61,338 nucleotides of DNA from Acidobacteriota bacterium (GTDB taxonomy: Bacteria; Acidobacteriota; UBA890), in assembly GCA_036398215.1 (NCBI GenBank), contig DASWHK010000225.1, positions 1 through 61,338 on the forward strand, written 5' to 3'. The notes beneath the pieces are model-generated. The model searched no databases and was not told where the DNA came from. It worked only from the letters and a program-made list of their open reading frames with translations. The position numbers and the translations under genes are program-made. This document shows positions 8,784-16,698 of this stretch, piece by piece. The stretch's first letter is position 1, and every line of letters starts with the position of its first letter.

Positions 8784-9142
8784 CCCTCGCGATCCACGAA
8801 AGGCTCATCGCCCGTTTCGGCGGCGCCGCAGGTTTGCGCGATCCGGGGCTCCTGGAGAGCGCCCTGTACCGCCCGCGGACCGGCTACTACGCCGATATCG
8901 TCGAGATGGCGGCAGCAATGTTCGAATCCCTGTTGATGAACCACCCTTTCGTTGACGGCAACAAGCGGGTGGCGTTCTTCGCGACCGACGTGTTCCTGCG
9001 GCTCAACGGGTGGCGGCTCCGCGTCGATGCGACCGAGGCGCACGGTTTTCTCGTTGGGCTCCTCGACGAGGGAATCGCCGACTTCGAGCACCTGCTGCCC
9101 TGGCTGCGGCGGCACGTCGAGCAGGCGCCGAACGATCGATGA
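8744..9142 (+). CDS. doc: Doc (death-on-curing) family toxin, Fic fold
   Basis: ORF 8744..9142 (TTG start). Fic/Doc motif HPFVDGNKRVA; N-terminal LSVDEALAIHERLIARFGG is typical of Doc. Confidence 0.9.
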   Translation: MPGDQVAHLSVDEALAIHERLIARFGGAAGLRDPGLLESALYRPRTGYYADIVEMAAAMFESLLMNHPFVDGNKRVAFFATDVFLRLNGWRLRVDATEAHGFLVGLLDEGIADFEHLLPWLRRHVEQAPNDR

Positions 9143-10389
9143 GCGAGGACGCGGTCGCAGGCGTGCACGACAGGATGGACGCGATCTACCGCGACGAGTC
9201 GCGGCGCGTCTTCGCCACGCTAATCCGCCTGCTCGGTGACTTCGACCTCGCCGAGGAGGCCCTGCACGACGCCTTTCGGGCGGCGCTCGAGCAGTGGCCG
9301 CGCGACGGCGTGCCCGCCAAGCCCCGGGCGTGGCTGGTGTCGGTGGGCCGTTTCAAGGCCATCGACCGGCTGCGCCGGCAATCCCGGTTCCAGGCGCTCG
9401 ACGAGGTCACCGGTTACACGGAGGCCGCCGTCGACGACGCCGCCGCCTGGGAAGAGGACAGCGTCGAGGACGACCGCCTGCGGCTGGTTTTTACCTGCTG
9501 CCACCCGGCGCTGCCGCCGGACGCCCAGGTCGCGCTCACCTTGCGCGAAGTGTGCGGCCTGACCACCGAGGAGATCGCCCGCGCCTTTCTGATCTCCCCG
9601 CCGACCCTGGCGCAGCGCATCGTGCGCGCCAAGGCCAAGATCCGCGACGCCGGGATTCCCTACCAGGTACCCGAGCGCGACGAGCTCCCGGAGCGGCTCG
9701 ATGCGGTGCTGCGGGTGATCTACCTGGTCTTCAACGAGGGCTACGCCGCCAGCTCGGGCGCCTCGCTGACGCGACCCGACGTGTCGGGGGAGGCCATCCG
9801 CCTGGGGCGGCTGCTGGTCGAGCTGCTGCCCGAGCCGGAGGCGGTCGGCCTGCTCGCCCTGATGCTGTTGCACGACTCGCGCCGCGAAGCGCGCACCTCG
9901 CCGGCCGGAGACCTGGTCCTGCTCGACGAACAGGACCGCTCGCTTTGGAACCGGGAGCAGATCGCCGAGGGCTCGGCGCTCGTCGAGCGAGCGCTGTCGT
10001 CGCGGCGCTTTGGCCCCTATTCTCTTCAGGCTGCGATCGCGGCGGTGCACTCCGAGGCGGCGACCCCCGCCGCCACCGATTGGGCACAGATCGTCGGCCT
10101 CTACGACGCCCTGATGCGCGCCGACCCCTCGCCGGTCGTCGAGCTGAACCGCGCCGTCGCGGTGGCCATGCGCGACGGCCCGCCCGCCGGCCTGGCGATC
10201 GTCGACGCCATCCTCGAGCGGGGCGAGCTCGCCGACTACCACCTGGCCCACGCCGCCCGCGCCGACCTGTGCCGGCGTCTGGAACGAACGGAAGAAGCCC
10301 GCGCCTCGTACGAGCGAGCCCTGGAGCTCACTCGCCAGGAGCCGGAGCGCCGCTTCCTGCAACGGCGCCTCGACGAGCTGGGAAAATGA
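9139..10389 (+). CDS. ECF-type RNA polymerase sigma factor with long C-terminal (TPR-like) extension
   Basis: ORF 9010..10389 trimmed to ATG 9139 (MSEDAVAG), which overlaps the doc stop (ATGA). Region 2: DFDLAEEALHDAFRAALEQWPRDGVPAKPRAWLVSVGRFKAIDRLRR. Region 4: LTLREVCGLTTEEIARAFLISPPTLAQRIVRAKAKI. Sits next to a YciI gene, as is usual for this family. Confidence 0.85.
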   Translation: MSEDAVAGVHDRMDAIYRDESRRVFATLIRLLGDFDLAEEALHDAFRAALEQWPRDGVPAKPRAWLVSVGRFKAIDRLRRQSRFQALDEVTGYTEAAVDDAAAWEEDSVEDDRLRLVFTCCHPALPPDAQVALTLREVCGLTTEEIARAFLISPPTLAQRIVRAKAKIRDAGIPYQVPERDELPERLDAVLRVIYLVFNEGYAASSGASLTRPDVSGEAIRLGRLLVELLPEPEAVGLLALMLLHDSRREARTSPAGDLVLLDEQDRSLWNREQIAEGSALVERALSSRRFGPYSLQAAIAAVHSEAATPAATDWAQIVGLYDALMRADPSPVVELNRAVAVAMRDGPPAGLAIVDAILERGELADYHLAHAARADLCRRLERTEEARASYERALELTRQEPERRFLQRRLDELGK

Positions 10390-10480
10390 TTCGGCTCCTG
10401 TCGATCCCGCGCGTTGCTGTACGACTACAAGGTGGAAATAGCCATCGGGCCGTCGGCCTTGCATCGAGGAGGAGGAGCCA

Positions 10481-10663
10481 ATGGAAGTCCAACCCTATCT
10501 GTTCTTCGACGGTTGCTGCGAGGAAGCGCTCAAGTTCTACAAGAGCGCCCTCGGGGCGGGGGTCACGATGCTGATGCGCTGCATCGAGAGCTCCGAGGAA
10601 CAGCTATCCGGCAGGGTCGCGGTCCGTTTCGGCGTCGGCTGGATGATCGGGGTCGCGCCATGA
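10481..10663 (+). pseudogene. PhnB/YjdN-like (VOC superfamily) protein, internally deleted to 60 aa
   Basis: The N-terminus MEVQPYLFFDGCCEEALKFYKSALGAGV and C-terminus RFGVGWMI match the two ends of roughly 140-aa PhnB-like proteins; the middle is missing. Strong RBS GGAGGAGGAG; the stop overlaps the YciI ATG. Confidence 0.45.
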
Positions 10664-11028
10664 AGTACTTGTGTCTCGTCTACGCCAAAGAGGACAGGCT
10701 CGACGGCGTGAAGGACGCCGACTGCGTCGCTTTCGACGCGAGCCTCCGGGACGACGGCCGCTGTCTGGCCTCGGAGGCCCTCCATTCCGTCCAGACCGCC
10801 ACTACCGTGCGGGTGCGCAACGGCAAGGTGTCGATCACCGACGGCCCCTTCGCCGAAACCAAGGAGCAGCTCACCGGCTTCTACCTCATCGAGGCGAAGG
10901 ACCTCAACGAAGCCATCCAGATCGCCTCCGACATCCCCCCGGCACGAGTCGGCAGCATCGAGGTCCGACCCGTCCGGCCGATCCGCGAGACGGTCGCAAA
11001 GGAGCAAGCGCTACAAGCGAAGCCGTGA
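10660..11028 (+). CDS. YciI (DGPF-domain) family protein
   Basis: ORF 10414..11028 trimmed to ATG 10660 (MKYLCLVY). Contains ITDGPFAETKEQLTGFYLIEAKDLNEAI. Confidence 0.85.
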   Translation: MKYLCLVYAKEDRLDGVKDADCVAFDASLRDDGRCLASEALHSVQTATTVRVRNGKVSITDGPFAETKEQLTGFYLIEAKDLNEAIQIASDIPPARVGSIEVRPVRPIRETVAKEQALQAKP

Positions 11029-11179
11029 TCCGAGGGACTCCAAACGCCCCGGCTCACGTGCGCGTCGTCTGAAGTAGTGACACGAGGGGCGCGGCCCGCG
11101 AGCTCGTCACAATGGAAGCGATGGCCCCGAGGATCGCCCGGGATGGCGTCCTCAAAAGAAATCACGAGGAGAAACCAGC

Positions 11180-11539
11180 ATGAGATACGTCGATGGATTC
11201 GTCGTTCCGGTGCCCAAGAAGAAGCTCGACGCCTACAAGCGCCTCGCCCGCAAGGCCGGCAAGATCTGGAAGGAGCATGGCGCGCTCGAGTACGTCGAGT
11301 GCGTTGCCGACGACGTCAAGCCGGGCAAGCTGACCTCGTTCCCGCAGTCCGTGAAGCTGAAGCGGACCGAGGTCGTGGTGTTCTCGTGGATCGTCTACAA
11401 GTCCCGCGCCCAGCGGGATCGCGTCCTCGACAAGGTGATGAACGACCCGCGGCTGGCGGGGATGATGGATCCCGCCGCCATGCCCTTCGACGCCAAGCGC
11501 ATGTTCTGGGGCGGCTTCAAGGAGATCGTCAGCCTTTAG
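11180..11539 (+). CDS. DUF1428 family protein
   Basis: ORF 11180..11539; MRYVDGFVVPVPKKKLDAYKRLARKAGKIWKEHGALEYVEC is a typical DUF1428 N-terminus. RBS GAGGAG. Confidence 0.85.
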   Translation: MRYVDGFVVPVPKKKLDAYKRLARKAGKIWKEHGALEYVECVADDVKPGKLTSFPQSVKLKRTEVVVFSWIVYKSRAQRDRVLDKVMNDPRLAGMMDPAAMPFDAKRMFWGGFKEIVSL

Positions 11540-11639
11540 CAGGCCGTGGTGGAAGTGTGACGGGTCTGATTGCGGCGAGAAAAGGCCAAATGCAAGGCGC
11601 CGCGACGAACTGCTAGCAGGCCGTCCTCGCTGGAGAGCG

Positions 11640-12428
11640 TCAGCGCAGCCGAACGGAGATCTCGCCGACGTTGAGGTCAATCTCGATACGGTGGGTCCCC
11701 GGGCCGTCGTTCCAGCGCACGTCGGTCCCGGGCATCACCCCTTCGCGGCTGCGGGTGCCGTTGCGGTGATGGAGGACCGATTCGCCGACGCCGTTGTCCA
11801 GCGTCACGCTGCGCACCGTGTCTTCGCTGGTGGTGACCATGACCTCGCCGGCCCCCATGTCGACGATGATGTCCCCGCCGATGTCGGTCAATCGCAGCTC
11901 GCCGGCGCCGAGGTCGATCGTCACGCCGCCGCCGACCTCGCCAATCTCCACGTCGCCGGCGGTCAGCCTCAGCTCGAAGCCCAATGCCCTCGGCAGCGTC
12001 AGCTCGATGTCGAGGTGGGTGTCGCGGGCGCGCCAGAACCCGGGCCCCTCCGCGTGGACGATCAGCTTGCCGCGGCGCTCCGCCGTGATCACCGATACGT
12101 CCTCCGCGTTGTCGCGGCAGCGGTCGAGATCGCGGCCCCGCGGGCAACTGACCCGGACCTGCACGGAGATCGTCTCGATGTCGGCGCCCCTGACCCTCAC
12201 CTCGCCGGCGCTCAGGTCGAGGCGGACGGCGGTGGCCGCCGCCGGCTCATAGCTCTCGCTGATCGTCCGCACGACCCGGTCCTGCGCCGCGACGGCCTGC
12301 GGCGCCAGCGCCGTGGCGATGACGGCCGCAATCACAGCGAATCGACGCAGAGCAGCACTTTCGGGCGCGGCAAAGGCAAATCGACGCGCGACGGCGAGAT
12401 CGGGGGCAGCGACAGGAACTCGAAGCAT
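11640..12428 (-). CDS. DUF4097-like putative adhesin / beta-helix protein, secreted
   Basis: ORF 11640..12428. Signal-like N-terminus, then repeated G(D/E)VxV / GAGE(L/V) strands (LSAGEVRVRG, TAGDVEIGEV, GAGELRLTDI, GAGEVMVTT, VGEISVRL). Confidence 0.65.
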   Translation of the reverse strand: MLRVPVAAPDLAVARRFAFAAPESAALRRFAVIAAVIATALAPQAVAAQDRVVRTISESYEPAAATAVRLDLSAGEVRVRGADIETISVQVRVSCPRGRDLDRCRDNAEDVSVITAERRGKLIVHAEGPGFWRARDTHLDIELTLPRALGFELRLTAGDVEIGEVGGGVTIDLGAGELRLTDIGGDIIVDMGAGEVMVTTSEDTVRSVTLDNGVGESVLHHRNGTRSREGVMPGTDVRWNDGPGTHRIEIDLNVGEISVRLR

Positions 12429-12570
12429 GGGCTCACCTCACGAATCAGGGCCGCCGCGCCCCCCGGGCGCCCCGCGGGCCGTTGGGCTCCTCACTCCCTC
12501 ACTCTACGGCCGGCCCTCAGGGCGGGTTTCGTGCGGCGAGGGTCGGCCGGTCGCGGCCCGCTGACCCTCT

Positions 12571-12849
12571 TCAGGCCGCTTCGTCGACCTCTGCCTTGAC
12601 GCGCTCGCCGATCTCGCGCTCGGCAACCAGCAGGTCGTGCTTGGTCTGCAGGTTCATCCAGAACTGCGGCGAGTTGCCAAAGTAGCGGGCGAGCCGCAAC
12701 GCCGTCTCCGGGGTGATGGCGCGCTTGCCGTTGAGAATCTGCGTGATGCGTCCCGACGGCACGCGCAACGCGAGCGAGAGCTTGTTCGCCGAGAGCTCGC
12801 GCGCCTCGAGCTCTCGCTTCAGGATCCTGCCGGGATGTACGGGCATCAT
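12571..12849 (-). CDS. higA: HigA antitoxin (XRE-type HTH)
   Basis: ORF 12571..12849; HPGRILKRELEARELSANKLSLALRVPSGRITQILNGKRAITPETALRLARYFGNSPQFWMNLQ is the canonical HigA core. Confidence 0.9.
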   Translation of the reverse strand: MMPVHPGRILKRELEARELSANKLSLALRVPSGRITQILNGKRAITPETALRLARYFGNSPQFWMNLQTKHDLLVAEREIGERVKAEVDEAA

Positions 12850-12854
12850 CGTCC

Positions 12855-13142
12855 TTACCCCTTGTGATAGTTCACGATCTCGACATCGTGAGCATCACCG
12901 TCTTCGAATCGAAAGCAGATTCGCCACGGACCGTTCACGGTCATGGCCCACTGCCCCTTCCGATCGCCTTTCAGCTTGTGTAATCGAACGCTCTTCAGCG
13001 GGCTCAAATCAGCAAGCGAGCTGGCCGCGTCCAGAACCGCGAGCAGCTCTTGGGCCGCCTCCGCATCCAGGCCTCGGAACTTCGAGATCTTGCCTTCGTT
13101 GGCGAACCTGCGAGTCGCCGCGTTGGCCCAGGAGCGAATCAT
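12855..13142 (-). CDS. higB: HigB toxin (RelE/ParE superfamily killer protein)
   Basis: ORF 12855..13142; LHKLKGDRKGQWAMTVNGPWRICFRFEDGDAHDVEIVNYH. The toxin-first gene order is typical of higBA. Confidence 0.9.
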   Translation of the reverse strand: MIRSWANAATRRFANEGKISKFRGLDAEAAQELLAVLDAASSLADLSPLKSVRLHKLKGDRKGQWAMTVNGPWRICFRFEDGDAHDVEIVNYHKG

Positions 13143-13199
13143 GCGAATAGAATACTACGTTCCGCATAGTACGTGAAGCAGATGAGAAACCAGAGGACG

Positions 13200-16151
13200 T
13201 CAGTCTTCGCGAAGTGCCACGGCAGGATCGACGGCGGCGGCGCGGCGGGCGGGGAGCCAGCCGGCGAGCAGGGCCAGAACAGCAACCGCGGAGACGACGG
13301 CGGCGTAGACGGCGGGATCGAACGGCGAGACGCCGTACAGCCAGCCGGCGAGCAGTTTGCCGAGGGCCAGCGCGCCGAGCGTCCCCAGGGCGATGCCGAT
13401 GATGGTCAGCGAGATGGCGCCGCGCAGCATCGCCCGCACGACGTGGGCCCGATCGGCACCGAGCGCCGCCCGCAGGCCCATCTCGCGGGTCCGCCGCGCG
13501 GCGGTGTAGGCGACCACGCCGAAGATGCCCAGGGCCGACAGCGCCAGCACCGAGATGCCGACCGCTGCGAGCACTCGGCTGCTCCAGCGGAGGACCGGCG
13601 CCAGGACGGTCTCCCAGGAACGGCTGTTGAGGCGCTGAACGATGAGGGGAACGGTGGGGTCCAGCTCGCGCGCGATCCGGCGAATCGGCTCGACGATGTC
13701 GGCGGTGTCGCCGGCGGCGCGTGCCAGCAGGTACTTCGGCACGGTTCCGACCTGTTCGGCGGCGACGTAGAGATTGCGCCAGGCGTCGGGCCGCCCCGGA
13801 CCACGCCACAACCGGTCGCTGCGGTGCCGGTCCTCGACGATCCCCACGACCGTGTATCCCGGGCCGTCCGGACGCAGGCGGATCTCGTGGCCGAGCGGGT
13901 CCTCGCCGGGCCAGCCGATTCGCGCCGTGCTCTCGCTGACGACGGCGACCCGCGGCGCCGTGCTCGTGTCGCTCGCCTCGATGCCGCGGCCGTGCAGGAT
14001 GGTCAGGCCCAGCGTCCGGAAGTGGTCGGGCCCGACGACGCGCCCGAAGATCGGCCCGCTCAGCTCGAAGAGCGTCGCCGGCGAGGCGACTGCGATGAAG
14101 CTGTCCTCGGCGGTGAGGTTCGTCGGCACGCTGCCGGTCCTGTCACGTGGTCGCGCGGGGGGCGCGCCCAGCTCCGGATCCATGAACCAGGTCGAGCTCA
14201 CCGACTCGACCTCGGGAAGAGCGGCGATTCGCTCTTCCACGCGGCGCTTGAGGTCGGCGACCCGCATGTCTTCCTCATCGGCGACGGGGCCCAACCTGTT
14301 GTCGTTGAAGTGGACCTCGAGCACGCGGTCCGTGTCCATCCCGGAATCGAAGCTCGCCAACACGGCGGCGCTTCGCACGGCGAGCGATGCCGCCACGATC
14401 AAGATCACCGTGAGCGCAAGCTGGAGGATCGCGAGCAGATCGTGCCACCGGCGCGTCTGGCGCCCGGCCGTCGCCCCATAGCCGCCGGCACGGATCGCTG
14501 CGCCGAGGTCGGCTCGCGACGCCTCGCGCGCCGGAACGAGGCCGATCGTGGCCACGGCGAGAGCGCTGGTGATCGCCACGAAAAGGACGATCGTCGGATC
14601 GGGCCCCAGACGCAGCCATCCGGGAATCGGCGAGTCCCCGATGGGAGTGAGCCCGAATGGGGCCATCTCGTCGAACACGCGCTGGCCGAGCAACCTCACG
14701 AGGGGCCCGCTCCAGGCGCTCAGCAGCAGTCCCAGGAGCCCCGCGGCCCCGGCAATCAGCACGCTCTCGGTGAGCAACTGCCTCGCCAGTCGCCAGCGAC
14801 TCCCCCCGACCACCGCCCGCAACGTCATCTCGTGGCGCCGCGTCACGCCGCGGGCCAGCAGCAGCCCGGCGATGTTGGCGCAGGCGACGAGGAGCGCCAG
14901 GCCAACCGGAAGCAACGCCGAGAACGGTGCCCAACCGAGCTCGTCCCAGCGTTCCCAGCCCAAAGGCGACGCCTCGAGGAAGGACTGCCAGCCCTCCGAC
15001 CGGTCATTGAAGGGCCGCACGTCCGCGGCTTGCAGTTGTTGCCGTAGCAGCTCGAGCGACCGGTTGGCCTGCTCGATCGACACCCCGTCGCGCAACCGCG
15101 CCACGACGCCATGATCGATCGTGTTGCCTCCTGAGGGCCTCGTCGGATCCCATGGGACCCACAAGCCGGCGTAGTACGAGAACGCGAAGCCCTCGGGCAT
15201 CACGCCGATCACCGTATGCGGGACGTTGTCGATGCTGACCGTCCGTCCGAGCACACCCGGGGCGCCGTCGAAGCGGTCGACCCACAACTGATGGCCGAGG
15301 ATCACCGTCGGTGGCGCCCCGGGGACCGCGTCCTCGGGTGCGAACGGCCGGCCGAATTGCGGCCGCACGCCCAAGAGCTCGAACAGGCCGGGGGTGATCT
15401 CGGCCGCCGGCACGAGCGCGGCCGCGGAAGCGTCGGCCGCCGCCGTGGAACCATTGGCCAAGGCGAACGCCACCTGGTGCTCGTCGAACTGCCCGATGTT
15501 CGAGAAGGTCCGCGAGACGTCGCCGAGGTCCTCCACCGCGAAGCTGCTGCCGCCTCGGCCCGAGCGGCCCTCGATTCTGCCCCAGTGCCGGACCTCGACC
15601 AATCGATCCGGCCGCTCGTAGGGAAGCTCGCGCAGCGTGGTCGCGTACACGACGCTGAACGTCAGCGCCGTGAGCCCAATCGCCACCGCGAGGGTGGCGA
15701 TTGCCGCCGCGGTCATCCAGGGCGCGCGGGCGAGGGCGCGGAACGAGTGGCGGGCGTCGGTGCCGAAGATGTCGACTTGGCGCCCCAGCCACGCGGCGGG
15801 CGAGCGGCGCTCGGGCAGCTTGCCTCCCGGCGGCTCGGGCCGGCCGGTCAGCGAGCGCAGCCTCATCCGCACGCCGCCGGCTGCGAGGTCGAGGATCGCG
15901 CGCCGCCAGATGACGAAGCGCGCCCGCGCGCCGGCGCCGCGGCTCTCTCGAAGGCCGTCGCGGACCGACTGCAGGATCGGATCCCGGTAGGCCTCACGGA
16001 AGCCCCGCGGGTAGAGGCGCAGGAACAGCTTCGGGAAAACGAGCCCGAGACCCTCGCCGGCCTCCGCCGAGCGTTTCGGGCGAGGTCTAGAATTCCGCGC
16101 CCGTCGACCCGGGTGATGACGATCGTCGTCGGACGGTCCGCGCGCGGCCAC
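13200..16151 (-). CDS. ADOP-family duplicated FtsX/MacB-type permease
   Basis: ORF 13200..16151 (GTG start 1 nt after the PadR stop). N-terminal LRLYPRGFREAYRDPILQ. Two MacB_PCD + FtsX units (FRALARAPWMTAAAIATLAVAIGLTALTFS; C-terminal YGVSPFDPAVYAAVVSAVAVLALLAGWLPARRAAAVDPAVALRED). Confidence 0.85.
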   Translation of the reverse strand: MAARGPSDDDRHHPGRRARNSRPRPKRSAEAGEGLGLVFPKLFLRLYPRGFREAYRDPILQSVRDGLRESRGAGARARFVIWRRAILDLAAGGVRMRLRSLTGRPEPPGGKLPERRSPAAWLGRQVDIFGTDARHSFRALARAPWMTAAAIATLAVAIGLTALTFSVVYATTLRELPYERPDRLVEVRHWGRIEGRSGRGGSSFAVEDLGDVSRTFSNIGQFDEHQVAFALANGSTAAADASAAALVPAAEITPGLFELLGVRPQFGRPFAPEDAVPGAPPTVILGHQLWVDRFDGAPGVLGRTVSIDNVPHTVIGVMPEGFAFSYYAGLWVPWDPTRPSGGNTIDHGVVARLRDGVSIEQANRSLELLRQQLQAADVRPFNDRSEGWQSFLEASPLGWERWDELGWAPFSALLPVGLALLVACANIAGLLLARGVTRRHEMTLRAVVGGSRWRLARQLLTESVLIAGAAGLLGLLLSAWSGPLVRLLGQRVFDEMAPFGLTPIGDSPIPGWLRLGPDPTIVLFVAITSALAVATIGLVPAREASRADLGAAIRAGGYGATAGRQTRRWHDLLAILQLALTVILIVAASLAVRSAAVLASFDSGMDTDRVLEVHFNDNRLGPVADEEDMRVADLKRRVEERIAALPEVESVSSTWFMDPELGAPPARPRDRTGSVPTNLTAEDSFIAVASPATLFELSGPIFGRVVGPDHFRTLGLTILHGRGIEASDTSTAPRVAVVSESTARIGWPGEDPLGHEIRLRPDGPGYTVVGIVEDRHRSDRLWRGPGRPDAWRNLYVAAEQVGTVPKYLLARAAGDTADIVEPIRRIARELDPTVPLIVQRLNSRSWETVLAPVLRWSSRVLAAVGISVLALSALGIFGVVAYTAARRTREMGLRAALGADRAHVVRAMLRGAISLTIIGIALGTLGALALGKLLAGWLYGVSPFDPAVYAAVVSAVAVLALLAGWLPARRAAAVDPAVALRED

Positions 16152-16152
16152 T

Positions 16153-16515
16153 TCAGATCTTCCTGGCGGTCGCGAGCCGGCGCGCCTTCAACAGTTCGGC
16201 GACGTCGACCAGCCGCGCCGACTCGGCGCGCAGCACCCGCCGGCCGAGATCGCTGAGCCCGTAGTAGCGTCGCCGCTGGTCCTCGTCGGGGGTCGGCAGC
16301 TCGTCGCTCTCCACTACGAGCCCTTGCTTCCGCAGCCGCTGGATCGCCTCGTACAGGGTGCCGGGGCCGATCACCACCCGGCCGCCGCTCTGCTCCTCGG
16401 CGTCCTTCATGATCCGATAGCCGTGAGCGTCGCGCGCCTCGAGCGCCAGCAGGATGTGGAACGTCACCGGCGTCAGCGGCAGGAAGCGCTCGTGCTCGTC
16501 ATGCCCGTCTTTCAT
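16153..16515 (-). CDS. PadR-family transcriptional regulator
   Basis: ORF 16153..16515; LTPVTFHILLALEARDAHGYRIMKDAEEQSGGRVVIGPGTLYEAIQRLRKQGLV. Confidence 0.9.
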   Translation of the reverse strand: MKDGHDEHERFLPLTPVTFHILLALEARDAHGYRIMKDAEEQSGGRVVIGPGTLYEAIQRLRKQGLVVESDELPTPDEDQRRRYYGLSDLGRRVLRAESARLVDVAELLKARRLATARKI

Positions 16516-16566
16516 TGAGGCCCCTCCCGCCCCCTCCCACCCCTCGCATCGGGATCGTCGCGCTTG

Positions 16567-16607
16567 TATCGGAAACTAATCTAATGGTTTCCGATATAGT
16601 ATGTCAA
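16567..16607 (-). promoter_or_regulatory. candidate sigma70-type promoter (TTGACA-18 nt-TAGATT on minus strand) overlapped by perfect inverted repeat TATCGGAAAC-N10-GTTTCCGATA
   Basis: Inverted repeat at 16567..16596. The -10 box complement is at 16578..16583 and the -35 complement at 16602..16607, all read directly. Lies 52-92 nt upstream of the PadR start (16515). A local AT-rich patch in otherwise GC-rich DNA. Confidence 0.45.
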
Positions 16608-16698
16608 CTGCTTCCAGCGGCTGCGCGCTCACCATCGAGGGGACGGCGGCTCCACAAGAGCGCAGGGAGGCTGATTGGCAGGTCCGCCGAAGACCGGG

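Noticed and set aside
11535-11625. 11-mer TAGCAGGCCGT, including the DUF1428 stop, repeated 77 nt downstream
   Set aside because: Only 11 nt match and the flanks are not similar. By a rough estimate, a few such short local matches are expected by chance in 61 kb of biased sequence, so it is not counted with the stop-codon duplications.
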